Positions 19,842 to 29,199 of a stretch of 64,000 bases of DNA are shown here, piece after piece; within the stretch, counting starts at the first letter, position 1, and the number at the start of each line of letters is the position of its first letter. The notes below the pieces were generated by a model that saw only the letters and a list, made by a program, of their open reading frames with translations, did no database searches and was not told where the DNA came from. The position numbers and the translations under genes were made by a program. Source of the stretch: an uncultured Candidatus Binatia bacterium (GTDB taxonomy: Bacteria > Desulfobacterota > Binatia > Bin18); assembly GCA_965200965.1 (NCBI GenBank), contig OZ241744.1, positions 1,856,001 to 1,920,000 on the forward strand, in the 5' to 3' direction.

Positions 19842-20771
19842 ATGTTACTAGACGGCAAGGTTGCGATTGTCACCGGTGCCGGCCGAGGCATCGGCCGCGA
19901 AGAAGCGCTGCTTATGGCCAAACACGGTGCCAAGCTGGTCGTCAACGACCTCGGCGGCCATTTTGACGGAACCGGCTCGGACATCGGTCCGGCCCAACAG
20001 GTCGTCAACGAAATCACCGCCGCGGGGGGAGAGGCGGTAGCCAACACCGAGAGCGTGACCGATTTCAAAGCCGCCAAACGGATCGTTGAACACGCCCTCG
20101 ATGCCTTCGGCCATCTGAACATTCTGGTCAATAACGCCGGTATCCTGCGCGACCGGATGATCTTCAACATGTCAGAAGAAGAGTGGGACGCGGTCATCAA
20201 TGTCCACATGAAAGGCAGCTTCAACTGCGCCCGCCACGCCTGCGAATATTGGCGCGAGCAGCACAAGGCCGACAATGTGCTGAACGGCCGCGTCATCAAC
20301 ACCTCCTCAGACGCTGGCCTGCTCGGCAGCCCCGGCCAGCCCAACTACGGCCCGGCCAAAGCCGCGGTCGCCACACTGGCGATTATCGTTGACCGCGAGA
20401 TGAAAAAATACGGCGTGACCGGCAACGCCATTGCCCCGCTGGCGCGCACCCGCCTGACGGTTGACGCCACCCCCCAGACGGCCGGCCTGATGGACGCCAA
20501 AGAGGGCGAGCACGACTACTTCAGCCCCCACCATGTCGCCCCGCTCGTCGCCTGGCTGGCAAGCGATGACGCCGCCTCGGTCCACGGCGAGGTCTTCCGC
20601 GTTGGCGGCGGCTGCGTGTGGCTGATGCAGGGTTGGCACTCGGTTGGAACAGTCAAAAAGCTCGGCGACTGGGAGCCGGCCGAGTTGGGCGACAAGCTCA
20701 AAGTCGAGCTGGCCAAGGGCGCGACGGCCAAAGAAGAACTCGGCTCGGTGTTCACATCGCTCAAATCCTGA
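19842..20771 (+). CDS. Short-chain dehydrogenase/reductase (hydroxyacyl-CoA dehydrogenase-like)
   Basis: TGAGRGIG, VVNDLG, NNAGILRDR, NYGPAKA. Confidence 0.92.
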   Translation: MLLDGKVAIVTGAGRGIGREEALLMAKHGAKLVVNDLGGHFDGTGSDIGPAQQVVNEITAAGGEAVANTESVTDFKAAKRIVEHALDAFGHLNILVNNAGILRDRMIFNMSEEEWDAVINVHMKGSFNCARHACEYWREQHKADNVLNGRVINTSSDAGLLGSPGQPNYGPAKAAVATLAIIVDREMKKYGVTGNAIAPLARTRLTVDATPQTAGLMDAKEGEHDYFSPHHVAPLVAWLASDDAASVHGEVFRVGGGCVWLMQGWHSVGTVKKLGDWEPAELGDKLKVELAKGATAKEELGSVFTSLKS

Positions 20772-20832
20772 GCTACCCATCCCGGACGGAGCGGCCGGCG
20801 GCCGCCTGTCGCTGCACGCATCCCACAGCCCA

Positions 20833-21333
20833 GTGACCTACCCACAGCCCTACCGTGTGCTGATCGTCTGTCACGCCAACACCAGCCGCAGCGTGATGGC
20901 CCACTCCCTGCTTGAAAAAATGCTCAGGGAGCGCAACGTCACCCACATCACCATTCGTTCCGGAGGCCTCGCCATCTACGCCCGGGACCGGATGTACGCC
21001 TCGCTTGACGCCCGCCTCATCCTGCGCGAACACGGGATTCACCTCCAAGCCGAAGACTTTGTTTCGACTGACCTCAAACGCCACCGGTATCTGATCGACG
21101 AGGCCAACCTGATCCTGACCATGACCCGGGAGCAGAAAGACATGCTTGGTGCCTACCCCGAGGCCGAGGGCAAACCAGCCTACACCCTCAAGGAGTTTGC
21201 CGGCGAAGCGGGCGACATTGACGACCCGGCCATGCAGGGCGAAGACGCCTTTCGGGCCCGCATGGTCGAGATCCGCCGCTGCCTCGAAAACTCCTTCCCG
21301 ACTCTGCTACGCTTGTCCCATGCACACCTTTGA
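20833..21333 (+). CDS. Low-molecular-weight protein phosphatase family
   Basis: VCHANTSRS (CX5R), ANLILTM, DIDDP; start uncertain. Confidence 0.8.
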   Translation: MTYPQPYRVLIVCHANTSRSVMAHSLLEKMLRERNVTHITIRSGGLAIYARDRMYASLDARLILREHGIHLQAEDFVSTDLKRHRYLIDEANLILTMTREQKDMLGAYPEAEGKPAYTLKEFAGEAGDIDDPAMQGEDAFRARMVEIRRCLENSFPTLLRLSHAHL

Positions 21334-21736
21334 CAACCCGTCGGATAGCACCATCCGCGACATCCTGGCCACGCCCAAAAATATTGCCGTCGTCGGCTGT
21401 TCGCCCGACCCGGACCGGGATAGCCACCGGATCGCCGCCCTGCTCAAAGCCAAGGGCCACACCGTCATCCCGGTCAACCCCCGCTGCCGGGAAATATTCG
21501 GCCAGCCCTGCTATGCCAGCCTGGCCGACATTCCGCAGCCGGTGGATATGGTAGATGTATTCCGCCGCTCAGAGCATGTCGCCGGGATTGCCGACGCGGC
21601 CATTGCCAGGCGGGCGTCCATCCTGTGGCTTCAACTCGGCGTTATTGACGAAGCCGCGGCCGGCAGATCGCAGCGGGCCGGGCTGACGGTTGTCATGGAC
21701 CGCTGTCCGGCCATTGAGTATCGCCGCCTCTTCTAG
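21320..21736 (+). CDS. CoA-binding protein
   Basis: IAVVGCS, VIPVNP, VDMVDVFRRS, LWLQLG, VMDRC. Confidence 0.9.
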   Translation: MHTFDNPSDSTIRDILATPKNIAVVGCSPDPDRDSHRIAALLKAKGHTVIPVNPRCREIFGQPCYASLADIPQPVDMVDVFRRSEHVAGIADAAIARRASILWLQLGVIDEAAAGRSQRAGLTVVMDRCPAIEYRRLF

Positions 21737-21751
21737 CCCGCGGTCCACAGC

Positions 21752-22315
21752 ATGACTTCCCGCATCACCACCAGCCTCAAAGCCTGGCAACACCTCCGCT
21801 CCCGGACCGTCTATTCGTGTCGCATCTTCTCGCTCCGGGAAGACCACAAACGCTCGCCCCGGACCGGCCGGGGGCACGACTTCTACATCCTGGAGGCCGG
21901 TGACTGGGTGAACATCATCCCCCTCACCCCGGACGACCGGGTCGTCCTGATCCGGCAATACCGCCACGGGGTCGAGGCCATGACCCTGGAAATCCCGGGT
22001 GGCATGGTTGACGCCGAAGACCCCTCCCCGCTCCACGCCGCCCGCCGCGAGATGCAGGAAGAGACCGGCTATGACTCAGCCGACATCATCCCCCTGGGTG
22101 CCCTCCATCCCAACCCGGCCATTCAGGCCAACCACTGCCACAGCTTTCTGGCCCGCACCGCCCACAAGCGTTTTGACCCCCACTTTGACACCACCGAAGA
22201 AACCGAGGTCGTCCTCGTCCCCCTGGCCGACATCCCGGACCTCATCCGCGGCGGAGATATCACCCACGCCCTCGTCGTCGTCGCCTTCCACTGGCACCAC
22301 CTGCTCACCGAGTAG
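21752..22315 (+). CDS. NUDIX hydrolase (ADP-ribose pyrophosphatase-like)
   Basis: RQYRHG, EIPGGMVD..AARREMQEETGY Nudix box. Confidence 0.92.
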   Translation: MTSRITTSLKAWQHLRSRTVYSCRIFSLREDHKRSPRTGRGHDFYILEAGDWVNIIPLTPDDRVVLIRQYRHGVEAMTLEIPGGMVDAEDPSPLHAARREMQEETGYDSADIIPLGALHPNPAIQANHCHSFLARTAHKRFDPHFDTTEETEVVLVPLADIPDLIRGGDITHALVVVAFHWHHLLTE

Positions 22316-22656
22316 CCGAGGGATAGAATTGTTCACCCCTGGTGCATTCTGCTCTCGTTCGCCTCCAAAGCCGTTCTGTGCCAAAACTTGACGCATTCCC
22401 TCCTCATCTACAATCCTACCCGCTAACACTTTTCGGGAACCCCGACTCACGTCGGGCTACCCGCTGAATAGAACAGCCTCATAGCCCGGCGAAGGGTAGC
22501 TCCCTGCGCCTAGGTAAATAGGCGGGGACATCTCTATTTCCGAGAAGTGTTAGCAATGGCCCGGCACACCGCCGTGTCGGTCGCCATACTGTATGCGTGC
22601 AATCGTGTGATTGCCTTCTACTCAACAATGAGGCTGGGAATGGAGAGGTACGGACA

Positions 22657-23010
22657 ATGAAAGGGAGAGGCTGGCAAAAGAGGGCATTTCGGCTAAGAAT
22701 CACGATAACGACTCTAGCCGTTATCGTTCTTTCCAGTTGCGCAGTAAAAGTGAAGACGGCCCCTGTCGGTGGAAGTCGCGCGGATGGAACAATTAGGCTC
22801 GCCTATGAGTTTGGTGAGCTCGAAGTCCCGGAAGTCAACTGGGCGGAGGCCGATCAACAGGCACAGGACCGTTGCCAGCACTGGGGATATACCGGCGCGG
22901 AACGGTTCGGAGGCGGCATGCAACAATGCATTGGAAGCGGCGCTTTTGGTGGTTGTGCGCGCTATCGTGTGAGCATTGAATATCAGTGCTTGGGCGATTT
23001 AGAGAAGTAG
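22657..23010 (+). CDS. YecR-like lipoprotein
   Basis: Lipobox LSSC, GGSRADGTIRLAYE, RCQHWGYTGAERFG, EYQC. Confidence 0.8.
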   Translation: MKGRGWQKRAFRLRITITTLAVIVLSSCAVKVKTAPVGGSRADGTIRLAYEFGELEVPEVNWAEADQQAQDRCQHWGYTGAERFGGGMQQCIGSGAFGGCARYRVSIEYQCLGDLEK

Positions 23011-23056
23011 CATCCACTGGTAGCACCTGATGATCAAACAGAGAAAGTGCTATGAG

Positions 23057-23767
23057 CTACAAGAGTATTGTGGTCATTGACGGAAACAGGCTTCCCTGTC
23101 GCATTCTCTTCTCAATGCCTTCTCGGTCGCCATGACAGAGATCGTACAATTCGCCAATTTGTGACACAAATTGGTGCTCCCCTCCATAACTTGGATGGCG
23201 CACCGGAAGAACGCGCAGTGTCCCTGCCAAGCGGTGCACTGTCTGCGCAGCCTCGTTCCCAATTCCAATCAGCCGACGGGGGCTGAGCATGTGGATGAGA
23301 TCAGAAAGCAGGGCTTCTCCCGCTTGGCGTTCCTGAGCAGTATGATGCCGGTTACTGAATGGCACACCGCAGTGATGCGGATGCAACGGGAAGATGTTCC
23401 AGAGAAAAATAGGCTCTTGAATCTCCGACAAAACCTTCCAGATGACCGCCGCCGTTCGTTCTTTGACGAAGGGGCCTTTTGTTGGCCGAGTAATCGTGAC
23501 GCCCCACCGGTCAGCGTGTTCATCCAGGTGTATGTCGTCTGTTAAAGCAAGTCCTGTCCGTCTTCCACCACGATAGCCAAGATCGCGGCCAATCCACAGG
23601 GAATCAATGTCTACCTGTGTTGCGGCCTCAAGTATGGAGAGTAATGCGTGAGAACGTCTGCGTGAAGCGTCGGCAAGGTCGTGAACAGGACAGCAGTCTG
23701 AATAGGGGTTGAAGGTATTCTCAAAAGCCAACAGACCGAGAGCTTTGACAAAAGAGGCTGGCGTCAT
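23057..23767 (-). CDS. Uracil-DNA glycosylase superfamily protein
   Basis: FNPY, GRDLGYRGGRRTGLALTD, ERTA..IW, WNIFPLHPH, SNR, RHPSYGG; ATGA overlap with upstream gene. Confidence 0.8.
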   Translation of the reverse strand: MTPASFVKALGLLAFENTFNPYSDCCPVHDLADASRRRSHALLSILEAATQVDIDSLWIGRDLGYRGGRRTGLALTDDIHLDEHADRWGVTITRPTKGPFVKERTAAVIWKVLSEIQEPIFLWNIFPLHPHHCGVPFSNRHHTAQERQAGEALLSDLIHMLSPRRLIGIGNEAAQTVHRLAGTLRVLPVRHPSYGGEHQFVSQIGELYDLCHGDREGIEKRMRQGSLFPSMTTILL

Positions 23768-24948
23768 TTTTGTTCAGGCCTAGTCGCTTTGTATTTGATG
23801 GTACGATCCTTACGATTTCCCACGACAATTCCTCCCTCATTCTTCCGTACCTCCCTAAAAACGCGATATCCTTCCAGGATAGCCGTTTCCCATAGCCCCA
23901 GCGGACATGCTTCTACTTCGTATCCCCGAACGAACTGTTGCACGGTTTTGAGTAGATCGAAAGAGACGCTGTTATGTCCGTCAAAAAAACGGAGTTGCTT
24001 AGCACGCGAAAATAGCCACGCGGTAAGCCCTTCCTCAACAACAATCGCCCTGCCACCATCTTGGGCCTCGTCAATCTTTGGATCACTTTTACGCTTCTGC
24101 TTTATCAGTGCCCGAAAGACAGGAGACCAGTGGAGGATAGCGGCATGAGCAAAATGGAATACATCATGGAATCGGTAGGCATCTGGGTCACGGATGTTGT
24201 CCGTAAGCGGTTCCCCGATGAATACGTTATTCCACTGCAAATAACTTTGCCCGCTTTTTCGTCGTGTTATCCTTATCTCGAAATTTTGAGGAAGGCTCTC
24301 CTCCTCTGGAAAAGCGCTGTCGAATGTTGGTAAAGTTGATTTGTTGGGGTCAAGAAACCGTCCCTTGACCTTTTTAATGTTCCCCTTAATCATTGTCGAA
24401 AAATTCACACGGGCGGCTCGAAGCGCCTGCAAATAACACTTCACGAACGCGCCTAGTAAATCAGGTGTTTGGTCGTTTGCCGTCGTGATTTTAAGCAATG
24501 CTGCGGCCTCCTCTCCCAGGCGCAGGAGCGTCTCGTCAAGCGGCGGCAGTACATTGAACGACAGGACGTTAGAAACCGGATAGTCCAGATGATCGTTTGC
24601 GGCTATGATTTCACCATATTCACTTTGCTTAATGGCTTTGGAGAAGACCCTGTCAACACCGACTCCCAAACGTCTGCACAGCGCTGTGAAATACCATAGG
24701 GCGTCGCCGAACTCCTCCTCTAAGGCTCGTTGTTGGTACTCCAAATATGCTGAATCCTCCCGATGACTCTTCTTAACGGCTGCCATAATACCGCCAATCT
24801 CACCAAACAATCCCATAAGGACTAGACGTAAATCCTCTTGAGAAAGTTTGTCAGTGGCCTCAATTTCCCGCGCATAGTCGCGCAGGAATAGGAGGCTCGT
24901 AGAAGTTCCTAGGTAGTTTTGTTCTCTGGAAGGTGGATCATTGCTCAT
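23764..24948 (-). CDS. MazG-like nucleoside triphosphate pyrophosphohydrolase with MazG C-terminal domain
   Basis: GLFGEIG..KK..RE..EEEFGDALWY helical NTP-PPase motif; C-terminal GEPLTDN..YRFHDVFH..WSPV.R..KRKS..DEAQDGGRA..EE. Confidence 0.8.
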   Translation of the reverse strand: MSNDPPSREQNYLGTSTSLLFLRDYAREIEATDKLSQEDLRLVLMGLFGEIGGIMAAVKKSHREDSAYLEYQQRALEEEFGDALWYFTALCRRLGVGVDRVFSKAIKQSEYGEIIAANDHLDYPVSNVLSFNVLPPLDETLLRLGEEAAALLKITTANDQTPDLLGAFVKCYLQALRAARVNFSTMIKGNIKKVKGRFLDPNKSTLPTFDSAFPEEESLPQNFEIRITRRKSGQSYLQWNNVFIGEPLTDNIRDPDAYRFHDVFHFAHAAILHWSPVFRALIKQKRKSDPKIDEAQDGGRAIVVEEGLTAWLFSRAKQLRFFDGHNSVSFDLLKTVQQFVRGYEVEACPLGLWETAILEGYRVFREVRKNEGGIVVGNRKDRTIKYKATRPEQK

Positions 24949-25565
24949 GGGGTTCTTGTCCAGTCTAAAGGTGCTCCACAGTAGCCCTTTTCCCCGAGAG
25001 ACCTGAACCACTTGACAAAAGCCTTGACCATTTCCTCTGAGAATCGATTCTTGTGTCCGATTCCGGCGCAACAAAGGCCGAATTCGTCGAATTTTTGAGG
25101 AATTGGAGGTCCAGCACCGCCCCAATATGTATAGTCTGTACTGAGCAGCACCCTATCTGCTTTTGTATCACGCTGAATATTGTGCTGATTGGGTCTACCG
25201 CCCGGATAACTGTGATGAGAGTCGAGCTGGTGCCATTGACCTGTTTCATCCCTGAAATAGATATTGTCCCCAAAAGCCTGTTTCTTGCTGCCTCTCAGAT
25301 TGGGTTTCTTCTGCTGGAACTGTTCATTTTTCCAGTATTCGTTAAATGTTTTCGTTTCCGTTACACGCATGACATAAACGAGAACTCCTTGTTTGTTTCT
25401 GGATTTGCTTCCAGTACTGACTATCCAGTCTCCTATTCTCGCACTGTTCCGAATTTTTGGCTTACATGTAGCTAAACTACATACACCAAAAAATGGATTC
25501 GGAGCGAAGCCAAAGTCCCGGGCGACGATGTAGGAGAACAATTTTGATCTGGTGTTCTTAACCAC
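24945..25565 (-). CDS. Nucleotide modification associated domain 2 (Nmad2) protein
   Basis: LFSYIVARDFGFAPNPFFGVCSLATCKPKIR, GDWIV, GDNIY; GTG start overlapping the TIR stop; start uncertain. Confidence 0.8.
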   Translation of the reverse strand: MVKNTRSKLFSYIVARDFGFAPNPFFGVCSLATCKPKIRNSARIGDWIVSTGSKSRNKQGVLVYVMRVTETKTFNEYWKNEQFQQKKPNLRGSKKQAFGDNIYFRDETGQWHQLDSHHSYPGGRPNQHNIQRDTKADRVLLSTDYTYWGGAGPPIPQKFDEFGLCCAGIGHKNRFSEEMVKAFVKWFRSLGEKGYCGAPLDWTRTP

Positions 25566-26034
25566 AGCTATGCCGTTTGATGTTACGCAATTCCCTGTCT
25601 GTACCATCCGGATTTTGCCAGCCGTTAATTTTCCCATTTATGGCATCAACGATACGGTCACCCGTCCAGCCGACTACGGCATCGGCGTAGTCGGCTAAGG
25701 CGTCGGGGACCTTGCACCCGTTTTCTCCATGCGCCCAAACTCCCACAATTCGCTTGTCCTGTTTCTGGGCATATTCGATTTCCCAGTTGACATAATCGCT
25801 ATCCTTGGTTTCTGGAGAAATATAGACAACTAACGTACTTGATTGGCGAATGCGCGGGGCGAGGATGCGAGACTTGATATAGTCTTCTGAATACGCGTTA
25901 TTGGGGTTGTCCTTGTTGATCGAATAGTCCCGAAGCGTCATTCCATGACCTTTTAGCAAGCTCTTGAGCTTGTCCAGACCTGGATCGTCTTCATGGATGT
26001 GGCTTATGAAGATGTTTTTAGTTTTATCAGCCAT
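25558..26034 (-). CDS. ThsB/DUF1863-type TIR domain protein
   Basis: NIFISH, SSTLVVYIS..T..S.YVNWEIEYA..KRIVGV; putative catalytic Glu retained; AAGGAG RBS. Confidence 0.85.
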   Translation of the reverse strand: MADKTKNIFISHIHEDDPGLDKLKSLLKGHGMTLRDYSINKDNPNNAYSEDYIKSRILAPRIRQSSTLVVYISPETKDSDYVNWEIEYAQKQDKRIVGVWAHGENGCKVPDALADYADAVVGWTGDRIVDAINGKINGWQNPDGTDRELRNIKRHSCG

Positions 26035-26105
26035 ATCGCTACGCTCCTTTGCGTAAACGTGTTCGAGAGGCGGCCCCGGAACGGGAAGGAAATTCTTCGG
26101 GAATT

Positions 26106-26591
26106 TCACCCTTCTTCGCGTTCCTTTTCCAAGTCGGTCAAGTCTTCCACACCGGCGATCTTTGCCAGCATACGATTATAGTTGCCTAAATCTTTTTGTA
26201 AAGCCTCCAATTCTTCTCGAAACTCTTTTCGCTTGGCCGGGTCATCAAAAGCACCTCTCAAGCTTTCTCCGTGCCATTTTGCGGTGAAGGGTCGAACCAC
26301 TTGGTTCAGCACAGGTATGGCTACCTTGCTGAACTGAATAGTCTGCCGTCCCCGGTGCCGCAGAACCTCGCGAGTAGTCGGAAAAAGTGAATAAACACTA
26401 TCCAAGGCTGTCTTTTCATCTCCCACTTCGGACGGCAAGGGCTGAGTAACGATTCTGGTCAGCATCTCGACATACAACTCCCAAGCGGCGTTTTGGTCGT
26501 CGTCTTTGAAGTTAATCTCCACTTTGGCCCACCTTGGACCTAGCCGGATTTTTTCCAAGTGAAAATTCCTGAGCAACGTCCTTATGTCCAT
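26106..26591 (-). CDS. Hypothetical protein (AAWELYVEMLTR motif), first gene of the TIR-Nmad2 operon
   Basis: GAGGTG RBS; DQNAAWELYVEMLTRIVTQ, ALDSVYSLFPTTREVL, VLNQVVRPFTAKWH; helical C-terminus. Confidence 0.75.
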   Translation of the reverse strand: MDIRTLLRNFHLEKIRLGPRWAKVEINFKDDDQNAAWELYVEMLTRIVTQPLPSEVGDEKTALDSVYSLFPTTREVLRHRGRQTIQFSKVAIPVLNQVVRPFTAKWHGESLRGAFDDPAKRKEFREELEALQKDLGNYNRMLAKIAGVEDLTDLEKEREEG

Positions 26592-26694
26592 TTTTTCACC
26601 TCTCAATCCAGGTTCATTTTTGCCCTTTCCGAGGATGTTCCGTTTGATCAACCACTGCGCGGCTGGGGTGGCGGCCTTGAAGGACATCTCGGGA

Positions 26695-26760
26695 TCAGCC
26701 GAGCTTGGCGCGGACAATGCGGCCCATCTCCTTGCAGCCGACGAGGCGGCATTCGGGCTG
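26695..26760. repeat. 66-bp direct repeat of the leuB 3' end (copy of 29200-29265)
   Basis: tcagccgagcttggcgcggacaatgcggcccatctcc(t/c)tgcagccgacgaggcggcattcgggctg, one mismatch. Confidence 0.95.
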
Positions 26761-26778
26761 GGCGTCCTCTGTGCCGAG

Positions 26779-27825
26779 TCAGGTCTTCAGCTTGTCAATC
26801 CAGCCCTTCTCAGCCAGGACATCAACCGCCAGCCTGATCTGACGCTGGGAAAACAGTTTCTTCTGGTCGTTCCAAGCGTAGGTGTGTTGAACGACCTCGT
26901 CAACAGTCCGGGCCTTCTCCCTGCTGACGACCCAATGCACGGTGGACAGCAGTTCCAAGCCGAACGACGACTCAAAACCTTCAACTAGATCGGCTACCCT
27001 GTTGAAACGAGCGCGCGTTTTTGGATGGCTCTCCAGAAAGGCGCTCGCGTCCTCAATTGCGCCAGGGACAAGTTCAAGCGGTTTGTCGGGGCTATCGCCA
27101 CCGTCGGCATAGCCCGAGATGAAGTGCCCTTCAACCGTGTGCAGAACGTGGCGCACATTGTCTGCATACGGGCCGTAGGGCGCTTTGTGGTATCTGAGCC
27201 GCAAGGACTCACCGGCTTCCTGCATGAAGTACAGCAGCTTGTGTACTTCCAACAGCGTAATGAACGGGTCCAGCAGTACCCGCCGATAGAGAGCCATCAG
27301 CCCGAGCAGCGCAGCCCGCCCGGGGGTCATCTTGGGAACATCGGTCGAAGGGTTGACCCGCCCGTCTGGCGGCCCGCCCCCCGGCTCAAACACGACGACC
27401 TTCAGATCGTCGAACTCCCCCAGCTTGGCCTCAATCCGCGGACGCACCGCGACCCAGTCCAGGCCGCCCAGACCGCAGCCCAGCGGCGGCAGCGCAATGG
27501 AGCCGATATGGCGCACTCTGATCTCCTCGGTCAGGGCGACAAGACCGGCTTCAATGTCCTCCATGCGGCTCTTGCCCCTCCAGTGGCGCTTGGTCGGAAA
27601 ATTGATGATATAGCGTGGGGATATCCGGCCGGTCTCAAAGACAAACAGCCGGCCCGGCTGGATCTGTCCCTGCTTGCAGGCCGCGGCGTAGGCGTCAAAG
27701 TTGTCAGGAAAGGCTTTCTTGAACTGGAGCGCGATGCCACGCCCCATGACGCCAACACAGTTGACGGTATTGACCAGGGCTTCGGCATTTTCGCCAACGA
27801 TATCACCCGTTCTGTATCCAATCAT
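26779..27825 (-). CDS. darG: DarG antitoxin (macrodomain DNA ADP-ribosyl glycohydrolase)
   Basis: EALVNTVNCVGVMGRGIALQFK, IINFPTKRHWR, PPLGCGLGGL, KLLYFMQ, YGPY, GFES.FGLELLSTVHW. Confidence 0.92.
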   Translation of the reverse strand: MIGYRTGDIVGENAEALVNTVNCVGVMGRGIALQFKKAFPDNFDAYAAACKQGQIQPGRLFVFETGRISPRYIINFPTKRHWRGKSRMEDIEAGLVALTEEIRVRHIGSIALPPLGCGLGGLDWVAVRPRIEAKLGEFDDLKVVVFEPGGGPPDGRVNPSTDVPKMTPGRAALLGLMALYRRVLLDPFITLLEVHKLLYFMQEAGESLRLRYHKAPYGPYADNVRHVLHTVEGHFISGYADGGDSPDKPLELVPGAIEDASAFLESHPKTRARFNRVADLVEGFESSFGLELLSTVHWVVSREKARTVDEVVQHTYAWNDQKKLFSQRQIRLAVDVLAEKGWIDKLKT

Positions 27826-27841
27826 GGCTCCCTCCCTGCCG

Positions 27842-28478
27842 TCAATAATACCAGTCAGGCTTGCCTGTGACAGAGGGTTTATGCCTAGCCGATTGAAGCG
27901 CCTTGCCGACCTGCTGGGACAGGTGTTGCGACAATGCGCCGATGCGCGAGACCAGTTCCCACGGAAACTGATGCTCAATCAGAAACTCGGCCTGCTTGCC
28001 CTCCTTACAAAGCCGCCATTCCCGAGCGTGTACGGCGCTCCAGTCAATTTCGTTCAAGGAGTTGAGGTCGGCAATCTTCAAAGGAATAGGAGCCGGCGTT
28101 GGACGACGTGAAAGCCCAGCGCTGCCCGTTTGCGTCGGCCCAGGCAACCGTTTCATGCAAATCTGCCTCCAGGTGAACGATAGGGTCTTGCCCGTCTCGA
28201 TAGGTCAATTCCGGGTGATTCCTCTGAAAGATCACATACAGCATGATGGAGCGCGGACAGAAGTAGAACGGCACGCAGTCACCGACGCACAAGCCTTGAT
28301 GGCTGCTCAGACGATTCGTGAGCCGACATTGCTTAATCGTGGTCATGCCGATGGTGGGGCCGGGAGCTTGACGCCGAACGATCTCCGCATCGCACCACAG
28401 GCAGCCGTCAGCGATAATGGAGGGCAGCCTGTCCACATGGACGATATGATAAATTTTCGGCCTGCCAGGAACCGGCAT
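27842..28478 (-). pseudogene. darT: DarT toxin (DUF4433 DNA ADP-ribosyltransferase), frameshifted near 28073
   Basis: YHIVHVDRL, VPFYFCPRSIMLY, FTSSNAG in one frame; IDW..KQAEFLI..WYY in another. Confidence 0.85.
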
Positions 28479-28480
28479 GG

Positions 28481-29157
28481 TCAATCTTCCACCGGCAGCC
28501 CCACCACCGCCTCCCGCACCTCACACCTGCCCGCCACCACATCAGCAATCAAGCAGGCGCGGTACTCGCCCAGCAACTCCACCTGCCGGCGAGTAGCGGC
28601 CAGGGGCTGCTCAATCGCCGCCGTGGCCTTGGCGAGACGAGCGGCAAGGGCGGCCTGCTCGGCCAGGGGCGGGAGGGGATCGGCAGTGAACCAATGAACC
28701 GCCAGTCAGCACGGGGCATCTTGGCACCACATGTTGACACATCAACTGTGTCGATAACCGGTTTCGAGCGAAGGAGGTGCTCCAGGTAGTACGGCGTCAG
28801 GGCGTCATCAGAGGGACGCTGGACCAGAAACTCACCGACACAGACACCGGCTCGATTTGGACGGGTGACTTTCGCCAAATAAGGCCGGAGGTTGCAGAAC
28901 AGCACCTCGTCAGGCCGAAACCGTTTTCCTCGACTGTCGAAGCTCACATCTGACCCGGCATCTCTGTATTGTCCGGTCCGAGTCTCAACGTGTTCCAGAG
29001 CCAGACAGATATCGCCCTCTCTGGGGCCGCTGGTCTGGTCATTAATGTTATCTACATGCGTCTTCAGCCGCCGCACGGCCCAGTACGCTGGCACATTACC
29101 CAGCCAGGAGACGCCGGAGGGCTTGTAGGCCGGGTAGGGCTTGAGGTCGGCTGTCAT
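28481..29157 (-). pseudogene. hsdS: Single-TRD Type I RM specificity subunit, frameshifted near 28677
   Basis: LKPYPAYKPSGVSWLGNVPAYW, LRPYLAK, GAKMPRADW; then PPLAEQ...EYRACLIADVVAG in the shifted frame. Confidence 0.85.
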
Positions 29158-29199
29158 CCCCGGCACTGGCGTACCTTGGTCCCTTCGTTGAGCGGAAGG

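Noticed and set aside
22316-22600. Possible ncRNA or island boundary repeat at the left edge of the low-GC island
   Set aside because: No convincing structure, third leuB-end copy or known RNA motif recognised
22657-23010. YecR-like lipoprotein as part of the TIR-Nmad2 system
   Set aside because: Opposite strand and convergent; more likely independent island cargo
25558-26034. Calling the TIR locus a canonical Thoeris system
   Set aside because: No ThsA-type SIR2/SLOG or TM-macro effector is adjacent; the nearby macrodomain is clearly DarG
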